A stretch of 64,000 bases of DNA from Octopus bimaculoides (GCF_001194135.2 NC_068985.1:77710389-77774388), one strand, 5' to 3'; shown: positions 11,901 to 25,070, counted from the first letter of the stretch. Made by a program: numbers and translations. The notes: a model not told the origin generated them from the sequence alone.

Positions 11901-14580
11901 ACATTAAAGAATGACCTTACTCTTACAGTAATATAATGTAAAGGGTAAAGACCCCCTTCGGTCATGAATGACCATGGGATTGCACCTAGAAAGTTACCCT
12001 CCGAGGCACAAGTCCAGGCTAGGTTGTTTATGGAACACCAGCAGTCACTTATGCATACCAGCCTCCTCTCTCCACATCACCGATGTTATCCAAGAGAAAG
12101 GCAAAGGCCGATACAACTTGGCACCAGTGACATCACAATTCATTTCTACAACTGAGTGAACTGGAGTAACTTGAAAATAAAGTATCTTGTTGAAGAACAG
12201 AGCACATAGCTCAGTCAGGGGATCAAGCTCACTATCTCATTATCTCATGATTACAGTGTAGGTTCTTAGAATATGACTCTTCTGTGTATTGATAGAACAT
12301 GTGGATACTATAGTAACTGTTCATGTTGTAGGGTGTGGGCTGATGGAATATAACTTATAGAATATGGGTTAATTGAGTGGTAGAATATGGGTTAATAGAA
12401 TGGTAGCTAATAACATATAATCTCACAAATGAGGTCCATTGACTCATAAAAGCATTTATCAGTCAAAATTAAAGCTTTACTGGTGTGATCATGTTAATTA
12501 CAAAATATAAAATTATGGGATGGTTTAAAGATAAAAATTTTGCCATTGAATGAAAATTATTTGTCTAGATTATATTGATGAATTATTGTAAATAAAATAA
12601 CTGTTTTGAAATTTATGTCTTAATCAGATATCTTAATTTTGATAATACTGTTATTTTGTACTATATAGTCTTTAACTCTGTTGTTTGTTTCAGTCATTGG
12701 ACATGAGATATCTTTAGTCAAATAAATATTAGAGGATTTGGTCAATCAAATAAATGTCAGAGGATTTGGTCAATCAAATAGATGTCAGAGGATTTGGTCA
12801 ATCAAATAGATGTCAAAGGATTTGGTCAATCAAATAAACGTTGGAGGATTTGGTCAATCAAATAAACGTTGGAGAATTTGGTCAATCAAATAGATGTCAG
12901 GGGATTTGGTCAATCAAATCGACCCCAGAACTTTTAAGTTTGATAGTTACCCAATTGGTCTCTTTGCTAAATTTGCTAAGCTATGAAGACNNNNNNNNNN
13001 TGAAGACATAAACAACCTCACACCAGTTGTCAAGTGGTAGAGAGGATACACACACACACACATACACACAATGGGCTTCCACACAGTTTCCATCTACCAA
13101 ATTCACTCACAAGGCATTAGTGAACCTGAGGCTGTTGTATAAAACGCTTGCCCAAGATGCTATGCAACAAGATTAAACCTGAACCCACGTGGTTACAAAG
13201 CCAACTTTTTAATCGCACAGCTATCAATTGTGTTATATATTTTGAGAGGAACATTTTAGGAGATATTTCAGATGACTGTCATTATGGAGAGTGATATACA
13301 TTATATTATTTAAGAAACTTTAGTTTCATTGGTAATATTACAAAATAATTTACCAAATTTACACACAAAAAGACAATTTCGGTTTCAGTACTCCATGTAA
13401 CCCCTCATAACTATATATTTTGCAATTTTCAGAAAATTTTTCTGAATTTGTGTTCCATACGCGGAAATTCATAGGATTATAAAAAAGAAAATTTTTTTAT
13501 AAACTAATAAATGAGGAAGGTATATGGTGGTCGTGAATTGTGCTAAAATTAAGAGCTAAGTCATCCTCATATAACACAAAAAATTTGTTTTGTTTTTTTT
13601 TGTATAATTGTATGAATTCTCCATGTGTAGAACATAAATATGCAAGTTTTCTCAAAATTGCAAAAAATAAAAAAAGTTATTAGGTGCTTAAACTAGAATT
13701 CTGCCAAAAGAAAAGATTGCTAAAAAAAAATCTCTAGGGTCACTCATTGATGAAACCTACTCCAGACAAGGCTTTGTTCCTTTTCCTTTTGGAGGCTTTG
13801 TTTGTTGAATTTTTCTGAAGTACTTATTTGTTGTTAACCCTTTTATTCTTCTTTGTTTTGCAGAAGAGGCTGACTACCCTTCTATAGCAGTACGGGATTT
13901 TATTGCTCATGTGGAAATGTTACACGCTGATAGTGACATTGGTTTCTCACAGCAATTTGATGTAAGTCACCCAGCTTTCCTACATTTTTTCTGTCTTTGT
14001 TGGTAACATTTTTCTAGCTATAAAACATCGGATTGGTCACCTTTTGCTTGTTGTACACCTAAAGCGATATGCTTTAGGACAGTTAGATGTATCCTTTGAG
14101 TGATATCTTCTCTAGAATTCTTTGGTATGTAGGAGAGCTGGAACATGAATGAGCTGAGGGAGTGAGTAGAGTTACAGACATTAGCTGTGTATGAGGGTTA
14201 GGAAATTGTGCTGAGATGGAATTGATGCAAATGAATGATGAGTGCTGAGTGAAGGAGGCTCCTGTGTTATCATTGGTGGAAAAAGAAAAATTGGTGAGGT
14301 CAGATCTCTCTTATAGAAGAGATGGTGAAGGCCAAGTACTTGTAAGGAAAAATGTTTGGTAAAACAAAGTGAAAAACAAATAAGATGACATTAATCTCCT
14401 TTAGCATTCAGATTACTCTGCCAAATCTAATGTTTATTTATTCACCTTGTTTTGATTTAATTATACATTATCTTGTAGCTTCAGAATTTCAATGATGTGA
14501 CTGTTTATTTTTAGAATGACATTGTAGGGCAGGTGTGCCAGAGGTCAGACTTTCGTGCAGTGACCTGAATAATAATAATG

Positions 14581-14619
<39 letters not shown>

Positions 14620-17600
14620 TCGAAAAAAGACCTTTGGAATGAGAACCCAGGTTTGAAATTTCCCCAAGACACCTGATGAAGGTTGGAGGGTATATCAGCC
14701 AAAACGTTGTGTTAACAACAAACAAGATGAGGACAAATATCCGTCAAATGTAAATAATGTACATAATTCCTCATCTCTTAAATATAGAACTGTATCTTTT
14801 CTCTTGTTTCTGTCATTACACTGCAGCCATGCTGGGGCACCAGTCTTATTCTAAAATACTTTTATGTGATGATCATGATGATGATAATGATCATCATTGT
14901 CATTATTTTTATATCTGCTTTTCCATGCTAGCATGGTTTGAATTGAGCTTTTTGAGGCAGTATTTTACAACGCTGTTCTTTCTGATGCCAGCCCTTTTAC
15001 TTACCTCTTATGACATACAGGGATAGAGATGGTGGTGTACCTATTGCCAAAACCCGGATACCCATGATAATAGAATAATAATACTGTATGGATTGATAGA
15101 TTATGATTTATAGAGTATGGAGTAATAAAGTATGACTTAAAGAGTAGTGGTTGATAAATTATGACTTCAGGAGTGTGTTCTATTGACTCATAAAGCATGT
15201 ATGAGTGCAGTCTAATGAAATCTCACAATACTAATCACATAAATTCCAATGTATAAAATTAAGGATTGGTTTAAAGATAACAATTTTACCATGGAAGAAG
15301 ACTTTGAAGAATAATGATATATTACATTTATTTTATTTATCTGCTGATAGAGACCCATAGATAAGTTATGTACTAAAAAAGAAATGAGATTAGGAAATTG
15401 GGTGCAAATTAACATTAAAACTTGATCTAAGCTTGAAATTATATGTTAACTGGGTTAGCCATGCCAAAACTCGGTCTATTTGAAGTTTGGCATTGTAAAT
15501 AAATATATGATGATATCATGTGCAGAAGAAATAAAATCTTCTGTGATCTCTTGACCAACCAAGTCTTTGTGAGCAGATTTGGTGGATGGAAGCTGAAAGA
15601 GCCCCATTGTGTGTATGCATGTGAGTGTATGTGTATTTGTGTCTCTTGTCTGGCCATGAGGAAATACTGTGACTGGAAGCACGTAAGAGTTGGCAACAGG
15701 AAGAGCATCTGGACATAGAAAATGTGCCTTAATAAACTCTGCTCAACCCACGCAGGCATGAGAAAGTGAACTTTAAAGCAATGATAATCAAATGTTTAGA
15801 AGCCAGTATATTACATATTTACAGAAAAATCCACTATGGCTGAATCTAAACTAAAATTGTGTTCTTGTTTCTGCTACTGATTCAGTTGTGCCACCAAAAA
15901 AGCATTCCCGATCCCTGCTGAAGCTGTTTAACTATCCTAAACATGACTTCTGTTCTGGAAGAAACTCTCTGACATAGCTTTTTCAACAACAACCAAATTC
16001 TGAATCTGTCTGCTATTATGATCAAGGACTGGCTGTGCATACTTTGACTTTGCCAAAACCTTTGACAAGGTGAACCATGGGATTTTATGCTACAAAGTAG
16101 AAAACATTGGTGCAACAGTCTATATTTCACTGTAGAAATTTCAATGTTATAAAACCTCCTGTGAATTGGTGAAATATGATGGGAATTTCTTATTGAAAAT
16201 ATAGATTTCACAATAGTCTCAGAATTAGGTAAGAGACTCGTGTGACTAGAACCATAGTATGTACTCTGAGGAGATGTGGAAAATTACCACTTTTAGGAAA
16301 ATGAAGTTAATCACTCCAAAAGTCGACTGCCATCATCATCATCATACACCTGTTTTCTATGCTGACATAGGTTTGACTGCCCAAATCAGTTCTTATTAGG
16401 CACCATTCGTAGAAGGCTAGTAGGACCACACCTTGCTCATACATTCCATCTACACCAAAACTATAATTAAAAATATCATTTAGCTTAGCTCCAATTGTGT
16501 TTATTTATGACATGGTGATATTTGTACTGAGCAGTTTAATTTTTCTATGAATCTATTGTCTCATGATTTATTTCCTCTTTTTTCCAGGACATTACTCAAC
16601 GAACTCGGTGTGATCTAAAATCAGAGTTTTCTGCATTACAAGAGAACAAAATGAAGAATAGATATATCAATATTGCTGCCTGTAAGTAGCCGTAAACTAT
16701 ACCTTCTCCCTGTTCTCTCTATACATAGTTATAAACTAATAGAACCTTTCTGGGCACTTATTTGGTTTAGCATGGAATGTTAAACTCTGTCCCCACTAAC
16801 TTTTTTGTTATATTTTTAAAATTTTAATCAGCTTTCAAATTTTTAGGTTTTGAACATCAGAATCTATAGGAAAATTTTTAAAGAATGTTTTTCTCCTGTA
16901 TCAGAAATAGATTTGGGTTAGGGGATTTACAGCTGTAGTACCTTATTTTTATATATAAATATTTTTGTTTTGTCATTCAAGTGCATAAACATATTTTGTT
17001 TTGCAGTTGTAATTACATTTCCATCCTTAATAATTTGATCGTGGGGGTCAGTGGGGGTCAGTTTATCTATCTCTGCTTTGTGTTTCTGATACTTCATATA
17101 GCAGAAAATGCAGAATGTCATTTACATATCCGATATGGGGGTAGGGGCCCAGTATTTAATAGTTTCACTCTCTTCCATATTTTTTAATGCATCTCTTTTT
17201 CTAGATCTTTATGTCTAGGTAAATCAGCCTCTTCATCATCATCACCAACAGTAGAGGGTAAAAAATGGTAAAGTTACCTTTTCAAGTCATGCCAGTTCAT
17301 AAGGGATGGTTTCCATGGCGTATAAATTCCCCACCTGGATGGGACACAGGTCCATTGCAGGATTACTCATTTTTGCCAGCTGAGTGGACTGGAGCAACAT
17401 GAAATGAAGTATTTTGCTCAAGAACACAATACTGCATCCAGTAATCAAAACCACAATCTTATAATCATGAGTCCAACACGCCTAGCCACTAAACCAGTTT
17501 GGGGTTTACACCAGTGATTTTCAACCAGGGTCCATATGCCCACTGAGGGCCCATATAAGATTTTGGAGGGTCCACGTAACAGAATAGTAAATTGGGGATC

Positions 17601-18958
17601 CACAAGAGTGTTTTTAGGGACCCTGAAAAAATTTTGCTTTAGATGTATGTATTGGTGTGTATTGCAAGAAACGGCTAGGTTTCTTTCTCTAACATTTTGC
17701 ATAGTTCCACCTATGCAAGTTAATGTGTGAAAAGCAAAGTAGGAGTTTTGATAGAAATTTCTATAAAACTAGTTTTTTAAACAGTGAATGGCTATGGTGG
17801 GGGGTCCACCAGAATAAAATAGTAATTAAAGGGGTCCATAGATAAAAAAAAAAAAATGGCTGAGAAACCCTGGTCTACACAATGCACTTTGTCACCTTCA
17901 CCACCACTGCCTTCAGTATTACCATCATCATGGTCATTATTATCACCTCTGTAATTTAGGTAATGACCGTGGAACTGGATATGGTTGTGCAATGTTAGAC
18001 CAGCATTTAGGTGCCATACCATTTGGAGTAGGTACTTTACTGTTCAGTACTCAGATGTTATTATCAGAACATTTCATATTTGTCTTCAGGTTTACAAACG
18101 AAAAAAAAAAAAAAAAAGAGAAAGCTCTTTCCTGAGACTCATAAAGCCAGTTTCTTGGATTCTGTAGTGTATATATTCCACCCAATGTGGGATGCCAGTC
18201 TGTTGCAGAAATACTCATTTTTGTCAGTTGAGTGTACATAAGATGAAGTGTTTTGCTCAAGAACAAATTGCATTTCCCAGTCCAGGAATCAAAACTAACA
18301 CCCCTGGGGTTAATCAATCATCAATACTCCTTACTTTTTATAAAACACCTTGTTCCTTGTTTAAAAAAAGACATCGACATCATCATCGCTTTTTTAATGG
18401 CGGCAGTTTTGAAGATCATGATGATGGTGGTTGTGGTGGTGATGATGTTGATGATTATTATCATTAAGGTGGCGAGCTGGCAGAACCATTAGCACACCGG
18501 GCAAAATGCTAGTAGCATTTTATCTGTTCGTATGCTCTGAATTCAAATTCTGCCATGGCTGTCTTTGCCCTTCATCCTTTTGGGGGTCGATAAATTAAGT
18601 ACCGGTGAAACTCTGGGGTCAGTGTAATCAACTAGTCTCTTCCCCACAAATTTCAGGCCTTGTGTCTTTAGCAAAAACGATTATTACTATTATTTAAAGT
18701 AGATTTCTTCATAAAAGCTAAAAAGGGTTTAAATCAAAATGTTCCATCTTTAGCAAAACCTTAATCACTTCCTTCTTCAAGTATCACTCAAAATTGTTAC
18801 CAACAATTATGAATTTTTATTATTATTCTTTCAGATGATCACACGAGATGTCAGTTGAAGCCAATAATGAGTAGGCAAAAACATTCTGATTACATAAATG
18901 CCAATTATGTTGATGTAAGTAGCATGATTTTTTAATTGCTCTTTAATGGCCATAACGT

Positions 18959-19002
<44 letters not shown>

Positions 19003-19012
19003 NNNNNNNNNN

Positions 19013-19052
<40 letters not shown>

Positions 19053-22000
19053 CACACACCCTTGCACTGGCTCTTATAACTGAGACATTCTAAACTTGAA
19101 GATACTGGTTTATATAGCACCATTGATTACACATTTGTGGGCATAAACCAACAATGGTGCCATTACTTGCTTTCATCTTCTGCTAGAAATAGTAGTGTAT
19201 CACCTACCTTCTTACAAAAGAAGGACATATTAAAAATATAAGATGGTCCTAAGTTTGCTTCTGCAAGACTGTGTTGCAGACATTGGAATGACGATGTTAC
19301 AGCTAAACTATCACTGCACACATGCATGTGCATGCATGCACACTCACTCACACACACAGACAATTTGTCTTGTTGTTTCTATTGCATTGCCTGTACTCTT
19401 CATGATACATACAATGCCTAGTAGTACCGTTTGTTGTATGTTGTGTGGTTGTGTATGGGGGAGGGTGGAAGCAAAGATGAGGTAGTATATCAGTTATTGC
19501 TTTGGAAGCAGACTCATCATAAAAGATCAAGAAGACTACCTCACTTTATGTACATCAACAAGCAGATACCAGAATGCCTGAATGGATGGATGAGTATGTC
19601 TCTCCTCCAGGCTGAGGGTTGGTGGGGGCTCAGACATAATCCACCTCACCTCACCACACACCATGGTCTTGTTGCTGCCATGCACTCCACAAGAATCCTA
19701 TCTGGCCAGTCCTTGATATTATTGCTCTTTATCTTCCTATTTTTTGCTTGCAAACCTGTTTTATATCTACTCAACTCCTGAGGATGAGTTTATGGCTTTT
19801 AGGCTCTGATAACTTGGCCAAAATATTACAGATTTTGGCCAAGTTCTGACTACCATCACCAACTATTGTTCTTATTGTGTCATACTATACTAAACAAAAT
19901 GGTTTGTGCTGCAGTTGCTCGCAGTCCTTAAATAGATTTAATAAGTTTATATACAAAGCTACAATAACCTCCATAACAATGACATTATTGATATGTTATT
20001 CTTTTAAACCCGAACTCACTTCATCTATTGTTCCTTGTTGTAAGTGACCCTCTTTTGTTGTTATTATTGGTCAACAATGCTACAATTCTGTTCCTGCCTC
20101 CTCCTGGACTGAATTGTTCATTCTATGAGTAATCTACTGGATCCAAGCACTCATCTTGTACAAGATACTTAGATCATCATCATTTAATGTTCATATTCCA
20201 TGCTGGCATGGGTTGAAAGGGTCTGATGAGTTCAAGGACTGCATCATGATCCAATGTCTGCTTTGGCATGATTTCTACAGCTGGATGCCCTTCCTCATGC
20301 CAACCACTTTACTGTGTGTATTGGATGTTTTTTCCTGCTACCAGCACTATTGAGATTTCCATGCAACTCACAAGACAACAAATGGCTCGAGAGGGGGGAG
20401 TTCAGCTTTATGCTGGAACTGAGTTAGAAAATTTGCCTGCTGTAATGAACAGTTGTGCTTATTGAAGATCACTAGGAAGTATTTGAGTTCACTCATGTAA
20501 GAGGAAATATTTATGCCCACTTAAACAGGGACCTTTTGTTGAAGAAGCTATGAAAGAGAGTTTCTTCCAGAACAGAGGCCATGTTGAGGATTGCTAAAAA
20601 GCTTCATGAGGGACTAGGAATGCTTTTTTGATGCAACTGAATCAGCAGAAGAAACAAGAATACAATTTTAATTCAGATTCAGCCCTAACCATTTTAAAAG
20701 TTGGAAAAGTGGATTTTTCTGTAAATATGTAATATACTGGCTTCTAAACATTTGATTATTATCATTGTTTTAAGGTTCACTTTCCCATGCCTGCATGGGT
20801 TGGGCAGAGTTTATTAAGGCAGATTTTCTATGTCCAGATGCTCTTACGTGTTTCCAATCACAGTATTTCTTCATGGCCATACAGGAGACATAAATACACA
20901 TACACTTACATACATGCATACATACAATGGGATTCTATCAGCTTCCATACACCAAATCCACTCACAAAGACTTGGTTGGCCCAGAGACAACAGAAGTCTT
21001 TTTTTTCTTATGCACATGATGCTGTCATCATATATTTATTTACAATGTCAATATTTAAATAGACTGAATTTTGACATGGCCAACCCATCTTACAAACTTT
21101 ATTGAAGTAGATACCATGAGAAAAACTCTCATCTTGGCTTTTTGATAATAAAAAAGGCATTCTTGTTTATATTGCCAGCGGGGAGATAAATCCCTGCCAC
21201 CTCCAGCACTGAGACCACCTGATCACATAATTTCAACTTTCCTTGATTTTGTCAACATTGGATGCTCAATCATTAGAGATAGCAGTGATTCATCCCTCTA
21301 CCAGCAATATATAGAAAATCAGTGCCAAAACAGGAACTGGCGTCGCAATTAGCTAGTGAGCTTGTTAAAAAAAGATATATATATATATTGACGGAAGCAG
21401 TATTAATACCGAGAGATAATATTTATACCCACTGAAATGTGGGTGTTCTGTAAGAACAAGCTATACTGCAGTAGATATGAGAGAAACTCTCATATTGGCT
21501 TTTGGTGCAAAATGGACTCTTGTTTATATCGTTGTAAGGAGGAGGCAGAAGAGGAGAAGTGTATGTGTAAAACTCTTGGTCATGTGTTGTTTGCCTGCAT
21601 CATTTTTAAAACCATTCCCAAGATACCTGTTATGGAGATTGTGTCTGTTTTCAGTCCTTACTTTCTGGTTATGTTTACTTCCAGATCTTTATATTTGAAT
21701 TGTTTCTTCCTTTCTTTTAGAATTATTATTATTATTTCTTTGTCTCTGTTGCAGGGCTATAACAAGGCACGTGCCTACATTGCTACCCAGGGACCACTAC
21801 CACAAACAGTCGATGACTTTTGGCGTATGGTCTGGGAACAAAACACTGCTGTGATTGTTATGATAACAAACTTAATGGAACGTGGAAGGGTAAGAATCTT
21901 TGATGTCCTTGCTAAAATACATACACTTTTCATAAGTATTGAGTACTTATTTTCTCTGGTAAATTCAGTGTGTTATTCTTACTTGTTATAGTATATAACT

Positions 22001-24866
22001 TTGTACTTCAGTGTGTGAGGAATTGGTTTTGTGTTTTGTTTTTACATGAATTTATCCTGTATTTGTTTGTCAGTCTTCTACTCTCAAATTTTCTTTTTCT
22101 CTCTGTGTCTTACAAAATCAATGAGTGAGTTCTCTTTGTGTGTGTGTAGACCAACCACTATTTTCTTCATTGATTTTGTCTTTTTTTTTCCTCTCCTCAA
22201 GCTACTTTTAAATTCTTCAAGTGATATTATCGTATCTCTTTAAGTATATATTTCCTAATTAATCACTCTTACTTTCTCTCTCATTTACAGAGGAAATGTG
22301 ACCAGTATTGGCCGAATGAAGGGACAGAGGACTATGGTGTGATGTCAGTGAGGTTACTGAGTACATTTGCGCGTGCTCACTACACAGTCAGAATATTTTC
22401 CCTCAGGAATACAAAGAAAAGAAAGGTACCTTATTGATCACATGCTTTTCACACAGAATCATAGCAGTAAAGTGCATTTTCTACACAGCTCAACTCTCTT
22501 GTGTACCTTCAACTCTTCAACTACCCCTAATTCACTAGCTGAAATCCAATTCTCTACCTGCCCCAACTCCTACCTTGCAACAAAATCTACATAAGCATAA
22601 ATTCCTCAAGTCNNNNNNNNNNNNNNNNNNNNNNNNNNNNNNNNNNNNNNNNNNNNNNNNNNNNNNNNNNNNNNNNNNNNNNNNNNNNNNNNNNNNNNNN
22701 NNNNNNNNNNNNNNNNNNGACCCTCAAAAAACCCACCCATGTCCAAGTCTCCACCTGGCTCTTCACCTATGCTCAGTTTTCTGCTGGCTTCCTTCAACTC
22801 TAACTCACCAGAACTTAGAAACATAACGTCAACATTTATACCTACCATCAACTCCTTACCTTCCCTCCACTCTCTACATAGTGTCTACATTGCCCTAATT
22901 CTCTACAAACACCCAACTTATTACATGTCCAACAACTCTTCTAAGAAAATCCACAGTTCTTTCATGTACAAGAATTACACTTAATAGATATTTTCCTCAC
23001 TCGTGACATGTAATAAAGTCACTCATATATACAATATACCATTCAGTTTATCAAAGGACATAACATTGTGTCATATACTAAGGTCACGCACTCTATAGGT
23101 TAGTCATATATATATTGTGTATTGTATTATATATATAGTAACATACTACTCAGTACTTGTTATACTATGCCTATTGTTTAGTACAATACCCAATCATTGA
23201 AAACTGCTCCAAGGCATGTTTACCAAATACTATATTAAGTATATAAATGCACAAATGATAGTATTTTAATGTTCTCTATGTGGCTTGTGTGTTTTCTCGT
23301 CTTTGTTTTGTTTGCAATGTCCTGTACCCAGATATGCACCTATACATACAGGTGGATGTCGGTATGCACATACCTGTACGTATATATGCATATACTCACT
23401 TACTATTTGTTTTTACATGATTGAACGCAGCGTCTCCAATTGTAAGTAGTTTTTCGTAACTTCATATTTTCCGACGCTACTCTATCTCTTTCTCTTCCTC
23501 TATCATTTTTCCCCACTCTCGTTCTTCCTCTTTACTACTACGTATCTCGCTTTACCCCTCTCGTTCTTCCTCTGTTACTACTACGTATCTCTTTTNNNNN
23601 NNNNNNNNNNNNNNNNNNNNNNNNNNNNNNNNNNNNNNNNNNNNNNNNNNNNNNNNNNNNNNNNNNNNNNNNNNNNNNNNNNNNNNNNNNNNNNNNNNNN
23701 NNNNNNNNNNNNNNNNNNNNNNNNNNNNNNNNNNNNNNNNNNNNNNNNNNNNNNNNNNNNNNNNNNNNNNNNNNNNNNNNNNNNNNNNNNNNNNNNNNNN
23801 NNNNNNNNNNNNNNNNNNNNNNNNNNNNNNNNNNNNNNNNNNNNNNNNNNNNNNNNNNNNNNNNNNNNNNNNNNNNNNNNNNNNNNNNNNNNNNNNNNNN
23901 NNNNNNNNNNNNNNNNNNNNNNNNNNNNNNNNNNNNNNNNNNNNNNNNNNNNNNNNNNNNNNNNNNNNNNNNNNNNNNNNNNNNNNNNNNNNNNNNNNNN
24001 NNNNNNNNNNNNNNNNNNNNNNNNNNNNNNNNNNNNNNNNNNNNNNNNNNNNNNNNNNNNNNNNNNNNNNNNNNNNNNNNNNNNNNNNNNNNNNNNNNNN
24101 NNNNNNNNNNNNNNNNNNNNNNNNNNNNNNNNNNNNNNNNNNNNNNNNNNNNNNNNNNNNNNNNNNNNNNNNNNNNNNNNNNNNNNNNNNNNNNNNNNNN
24201 NNNNNNNNNNNNNNNNNNNNNNNNNNNNNNNNNNNNNNNNNNNNNNNNNNNNNNNNNNNNNNNNNNNNNNNNNNNNNNNNNNNNNNNNNNNNNNNNNNNN
24301 NNNNNNNNNNNNNNNNNNNNNNNNNNNNNNNNNNNNNNNTATATTTTTTCTTTTTTTTTTCCCTTTTTCTATCTATTAGAGTTACTTCCCTTATGTTTAA
24401 CTGTTTTTCGTAACACCTGTTGTCATTTAGTAGCCGACAAGAATGTACTGTAGCTCTTTGCTCCAACATTCGAATCTCTGAGTACTAATAATGACAACTG
24501 TTTGCTGTTTGCTCTATAAATTATACCACATATATATCTATATATATATATATATATATATACATATCCTCATTATCTTCAATGTCTGTTTTCCATTCTA
24601 TCTTGTGTTGGTTGGTTTGACCAGAGTTGGCAAACCAGAGAGCTGCACTAGGTTCCAGTTTGATTTGGTTTTGTTTCTACAGCTGGATGCCCTTCCAAAC
24701 ACCAGCCATTTTATAGTGTGTGGTGGGTACTTTTAATATTGCACTGATATGAGCGCTTTTGCATGGTACTGATATGAGTGCTTCTTATGTAGCACCAACA
24801 CAGGACTCTTGCAGGCCAATCCTCTTCATAAGGAGGGCAGCTTTAACCCTTCTGCTGTGGAGGATG

Positions 24867-24908
<42 letters not shown>

Positions 24909-25070
24909 NNNNNNNNNNATGTGCACAAGCAATATATTAATTTAATGCTCAGAGATAGAGAGTTGTTAATGTTTTGAGCATAGCTCTTCATCAGAAAGAG
25001 AAAAGTCCAAAGAGAAAGAACGAAAAATAAGGAAAAGTTACCAACAATCCACTTGTGGTTACATTTCTGA

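Noticed and set aside
11964-12159. Similar short ORFs at 11964-12159 and 38229-38475 suggesting a duplicated small gene
   Set aside because: Both are antisense readings of the same SINE family.
12731-12920. 28-bp repeats resembling a CRISPR array
   Set aside because: The units are contiguous with no unique spacers, the context is eukaryotic and inside a SINE, and there are no cas genes.
21437-21991. 184-aa ORF as a stand-alone gene
   Set aside because: Only 21755-21889 is PTP-like and bounded by AG/GT; the rest is intronic read-through.
23596-24339. A missing PTP exon hidden in the 744-N gap
   Set aside because: Exon 7 (phase 0) joins exon 8 (phase 0) as [15 protein letters not shown] with no obvious missing motif. 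A small symmetric alternative exon cannot be excluded.
23552-24469. 305-aa minus-strand ORF, and similar X-rich ORFs at 22575-22851, 31892-32168, 50307-50727 and 60014-60451
   Set aside because: They are open only because they cross N gaps or microsatellites.
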